From Candidatus Poribacteria bacterium (GTDB taxonomy: Bacteria; Poribacteria; WGA-4E; WGA-3G): a stretch of DNA of 64,000 bases. Position numbers and translations under genes: made by a program. The stretch lies in contig OZ251518.1 of assembly GCA_965242965.1 (NCBI GenBank), positions 4,498,181 through 4,562,180 on the forward strand, in the 5' to 3' direction. Shown piece after piece: positions 61,142 through 64,000 of this stretch. How positions within the stretch are numbered: position 1 is the first letter of the stretch; each line of letters begins with the position of its first letter. The notes under the pieces are model-generated. The model saw only the letters and a list, made by a program, of their open reading frames with translations. It had not been told where the DNA came from and did no database searches.

Positions 61142-63204
61142 TCAGAGCCTCCCAGTACACCCAACAGATTGTACCCTTTAGCGACTTCCCAAATCCTACT
61201 ACGGGCATGAAACGGATTCAGGGCCATTCCGGCGAATTCGTTAAACCTCTTCAGTTCCCGTGCAACAATTTTACGCTCAGCGGCAAACGTTGCACTGGGA
61301 TACTGCCGGTACGCCTGAGGCGGAACCGCGACGAGGTCATGTATCTCAGCGTGTTCTTTACCGGGGGCTTTCCGGAGAATTCGCCCGCGTCGTTGGATAA
61401 ACTCCCTCGGATTGCTGCTGCTCGCGAGGATATAGGCGGTTTGCGTGCTCGGCACGTCAACCCCTTCATCTAGACACTTCATCGCTACTAGTGCCTGGAG
61501 GTGTCCCGATGCGAACATCTCCAACAATTCTCGCCGTTCAGTTGTGGATTCCTCTGCGGTAAATTTGGCAATGCGCAAGCCCAAATCGGTGAGCATCGGA
61601 AGTACTGAGTCAATTTGCCCAGGGGCACAGTAAAATAGCGCGTGATGAAGAGGCTCGTTTCTGTCCTCTAGCAGCTGCTCTAACACCTGCAACTTGTTTT
61701 CTGCTTTATTCAGCAGTGTTGCCCGTTTTATCAGTAACCTTTCAAGAGCCTCATTAGGCTCGTCGGTATTTGCGTGACGATACAGTCGCGCGATTCTATC
61801 GGTGAGGTTTTTGTACTCGTCAAGTTCCTCATCTGTCAATTCGACGAGATGGGGATAATAACAGTAGGGACAAAGACAACCTTCTTCGATCGCTTTGCGA
61901 AGAGAAAATTCGTAAACGGTTTCCCTAAAATATCTCTTGAGAGCAGCAGTCCCTTCATTGTCAAACCACCGGTTGGGCGTTGCCGACAAACCGAGCCGGT
62001 AATCGAAAACTTCCGGAAGTTTCTGTCGACTCTGAGTTGCTCCAAGATGATGAACTTCGTCGGCGACGAAAACGGCGGCACGTTTCAACTTGGAAAGCAG
62101 TTTCTGCATAGTGTCAGCGATGAAGGTGCTATGCGTCGTAATGGTACACACAACGTCGCAAACCTGCCAATTGTATCGCATCAAGGCAGTATTGAATTGA
62201 GGCACCCACCGCACAGAACTTTCATAAGCCACTATCGGTTCAAATCCGAATTGTTCGGCTTCCTTGCGCCACTGGTTAACAAGATGCTTGTACGGACAAG
62301 CGATGAGAACAAACAGCGTAGCCTTTTCCTCCTTGAGTTTGGCAAGGGCAGCCAAAGCTGTGATTGTCTTTCCTGTCCCTGTCGCCATTTCCCACAAGCC
62401 ACGGCAACCGTTTGCAAACCATGCATCAATTGCTTCCTGTTGGTATGCTCTCAGGACCAGACCTCTCGGCAAATAAGCCTCTTCGGGCTCAACTACTACC
62501 GGTGAATCTGGGGATGGCATTGTGTCGTAAACTAGTTGAGGACTTAAAAGCTCCTCTGCCAACGCTGTTGGAAAATCTACAACAGCCAACGTATCCGTTG
62601 CATTATTCCATAAACGCCTAAAATTGTCAACCTTTTGTTGAACGCGTTGCTGCGTATCCTCCGACGAGAGATAAACATCAATGGATTCAAAATTGCTCAG
62701 CAACCCACCGACAGTTTCATTTAGCGACCCGGCGAATGCCACAGCGTTGTCGGTATCGTCTAAAAATATACCGAGCTTTTCGTGGTAAATCGCCCGTGGG
62801 TTTATTTCGCTTGCATCCGCTGTGCAAGCAATTTTGATATCCAAATGCCTATGCGCGATGAGCCACGTTAGCAATGCCAACCGATCTCGCGCAATTGTCT
62901 GAAACTCGCTTTCAGAGAACCCTGCCAAAAATTGTGCATTTCTGGCCTCATAGCCGCGTTGGATTGCCTCAATATCATCCCTCGCTAAGCAGGGACCGGT
63001 TACCAGCCGCATTTTTCCGCTGCGCCGAATGAAGGTTGCTAGTCCTTTGGCATAGAGTGCGAGCCCACCACTGGTGAAATACCCAACAGCGCGCCAGTAC
63101 CGCGTGGCATGACGCAGGCACGGCGTGTAAAAATCCGCGACGAGGTCTGCACCATCCGAACGATATTCAGACCTGAGTGTAAGTTCTCTGAGTGACATAG
63201 ACAT
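61138..63204 (-). CDS. fusion protein: N-terminal PLD-family (HxK...GSxN) nuclease domain + SF2 DEAH helicase (type III Res-like)
   Basis: 688 aa. PLD motif (YHEKLGIFLDDTDNAVAFAGSLNET). Helicase motif I (ATGTGKT), II (DEVHH), III (SAT), VI (QRRGRILR). Confidence 0.7.
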   Translation of the reverse strand: MSMSLRELTLRSEYRSDGADLVADFYTPCLRHATRYWRAVGYFTSGGLALYAKGLATFIRRSGKMRLVTGPCLARDDIEAIQRGYEARNAQFLAGFSESEFQTIARDRLALLTWLIAHRHLDIKIACTADASEINPRAIYHEKLGIFLDDTDNAVAFAGSLNETVGGLLSNFESIDVYLSSEDTQQRVQQKVDNFRRLWNNATDTLAVVDFPTALAEELLSPQLVYDTMPSPDSPVVVEPEEAYLPRGLVLRAYQQEAIDAWFANGCRGLWEMATGTGKTITALAALAKLKEEKATLFVLIACPYKHLVNQWRKEAEQFGFEPIVAYESSVRWVPQFNTALMRYNWQVCDVVCTITTHSTFIADTMQKLLSKLKRAAVFVADEVHHLGATQSRQKLPEVFDYRLGLSATPNRWFDNEGTAALKRYFRETVYEFSLRKAIEEGCLCPYCYYPHLVELTDEELDEYKNLTDRIARLYRHANTDEPNEALERLLIKRATLLNKAENKLQVLEQLLEDRNEPLHHALFYCAPGQIDSVLPMLTDLGLRIAKFTAEESTTERRELLEMFASGHLQALVAMKCLDEGVDVPSTQTAYILASSSNPREFIQRRGRILRKAPGKEHAEIHDLVAVPPQAYRQYPSATFAAERKIVARELKRFNEFAGMALNPFHARSRIWEVAKGYNLLGVLGGSE

Positions 63205-63732
63205 TTTCCAAGCCGAAATTCTACCTCTGTTTTACCAAGTGCTTGAAAAGACTTCACCGAATAAATAAACCCTTATCGGAGTTGCAGTGCGGATTCGCGA
63301 GTCTCCAGCCCCACAAGTTGACTGCCTCCGCCTTTGAGTTTTCGGTATGGACGCGATAGGAAACGCCGCGTCCTTGAAAAACCGAGCACGACACGCACCC
63401 GGTTCTGCGCAGTCCGAGAGCCGCCTTTTCCGTGCGACCGGCACGAACCCGCGCAATTCGTTTTAAATAGGATACCACAAAACGCGAAAATTTGCAAACA
63501 AAAAATGTGCGCGAATTTTCTGTGGATACGGTATCAACGTTCGCATTCTACAAAAAACGCCGATTTATGTCAACCACTTTTTTGTGCAAGCGATGCCTCA
63601 AAATCGGTTTTCCCATCAGTTTTTGAGGGTTTCAGCACAAATTAGCCAGACGTTCCTTTAATTTTACCACATTTTCACAAAAAAGTCAAATTTTTCTTCA
63701 TACGTTTTTGAACGCTTAGGCGAAATCACCGG

Positions 63733-64000
63733 TTATGATTTCCTCTGTCGATCTCGCCATTCAACAATCTGCCTCAAATCTTCGGCTAATTCCTGCTGAA
63801 TATCAGGCTTGTCTATCGCTTCCTCAACCCATTTCACCCCATTCTTGACCAGTTGGGTGACCGTCCGAATATATTGAGCCGAGCTCGGCGCGTCCAAGCG
63901 TTGCCCAAAGTTGGTGATTCGTTCGTAAACCGCAACCGTGTGCATGATTTGATACCGCTTGTCTTCCTCCCACTTGTCGTCCCGATTATACAGATACGTT
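63733..64000 (-). CDS. 3' end of an unidentified gene continuing beyond the window end
   Basis: The frame stays open upstream of the listed Met to the window edge (..TYLYNRDDKWEEDKRYQIMHTV..). No domain assignable. Confidence 0.3.
   Translation of the reverse strand, partial: TYLYNRDDKWEEDKRYQIMHTVAVYERITNFGQRLDAPSSAQYIRTVTQLVKNGVKWVEEAIDKPDIQQELAEDLRQIVEWRDRQRKS

Noticed and set aside
63205-63730. Searched for a tRNA or tmRNA integration target at the island flank
   Set aside because: No convincing cloverleaf (T-loop GTTCGAATC-like with acceptor stem) was found by eye. Only weak partial matches near 63270-63300.

Overview
This is a high-GC (~58-60%) bacterial chromosomal segment with about 43 protein-coding genes; I found no rRNA, tRNA or true CRISPR. 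Two things stand out.

(1) The window carries an unusually dense and diverse set of short palindromic repeats (MITE/REP-like). I count at least 6-7 families, labelled A-G here; they fill most intergenic regions and in several places sit in-frame inside genes without breaking the reading frame. Many ORFs in the supplied six-frame track are translations of these repeats (WRGTGPRPTV, ARGPVPRD, GETSWSR, HRDQEVSPT motifs) or antisense shadows of real genes. The track also uses GTG/TTG starts, so many listed N-termini are over-extended; I re-called starts from ATG/GTG plus an RBS where I could.

(2) The right-hand ~12 kb (about 52.0-63.7 kb) is a lower-GC, AT-flanked accessory island. It holds an overlapping two-gene pair whose second gene is a PIN-domain toxin, an AAA+-like protein of unknown function, and a canonical dndCDE DNA-phosphorothioation cluster with no dndA or dndB. 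Immediately downstream and convergently oriented is an uncharacterised tightly coupled four-gene operon: a PLD-nuclease/SF2-helicase fusion, a 56-aa protein, a second DndD-paralog ATPase and a 160-aa protein. I consider this operon the best candidate for a previously undescribed defence module, possibly phosphorothioate-dependent restriction.

The rest is housekeeping and accessory metabolism: PhyH dioxygenases, Gfo/Idh/MocA oxidoreductases, a TIM-barrel sugar isomerase, an amidohydrolase, a GH3 hydrolase, KamA, DisA, purC, a CoA-transferase and a MacB-type ABC exporter. There is also a Bat-like VWA/DUF4159 cluster and a large secreted lamin-tail-domain protein that runs off the window start.
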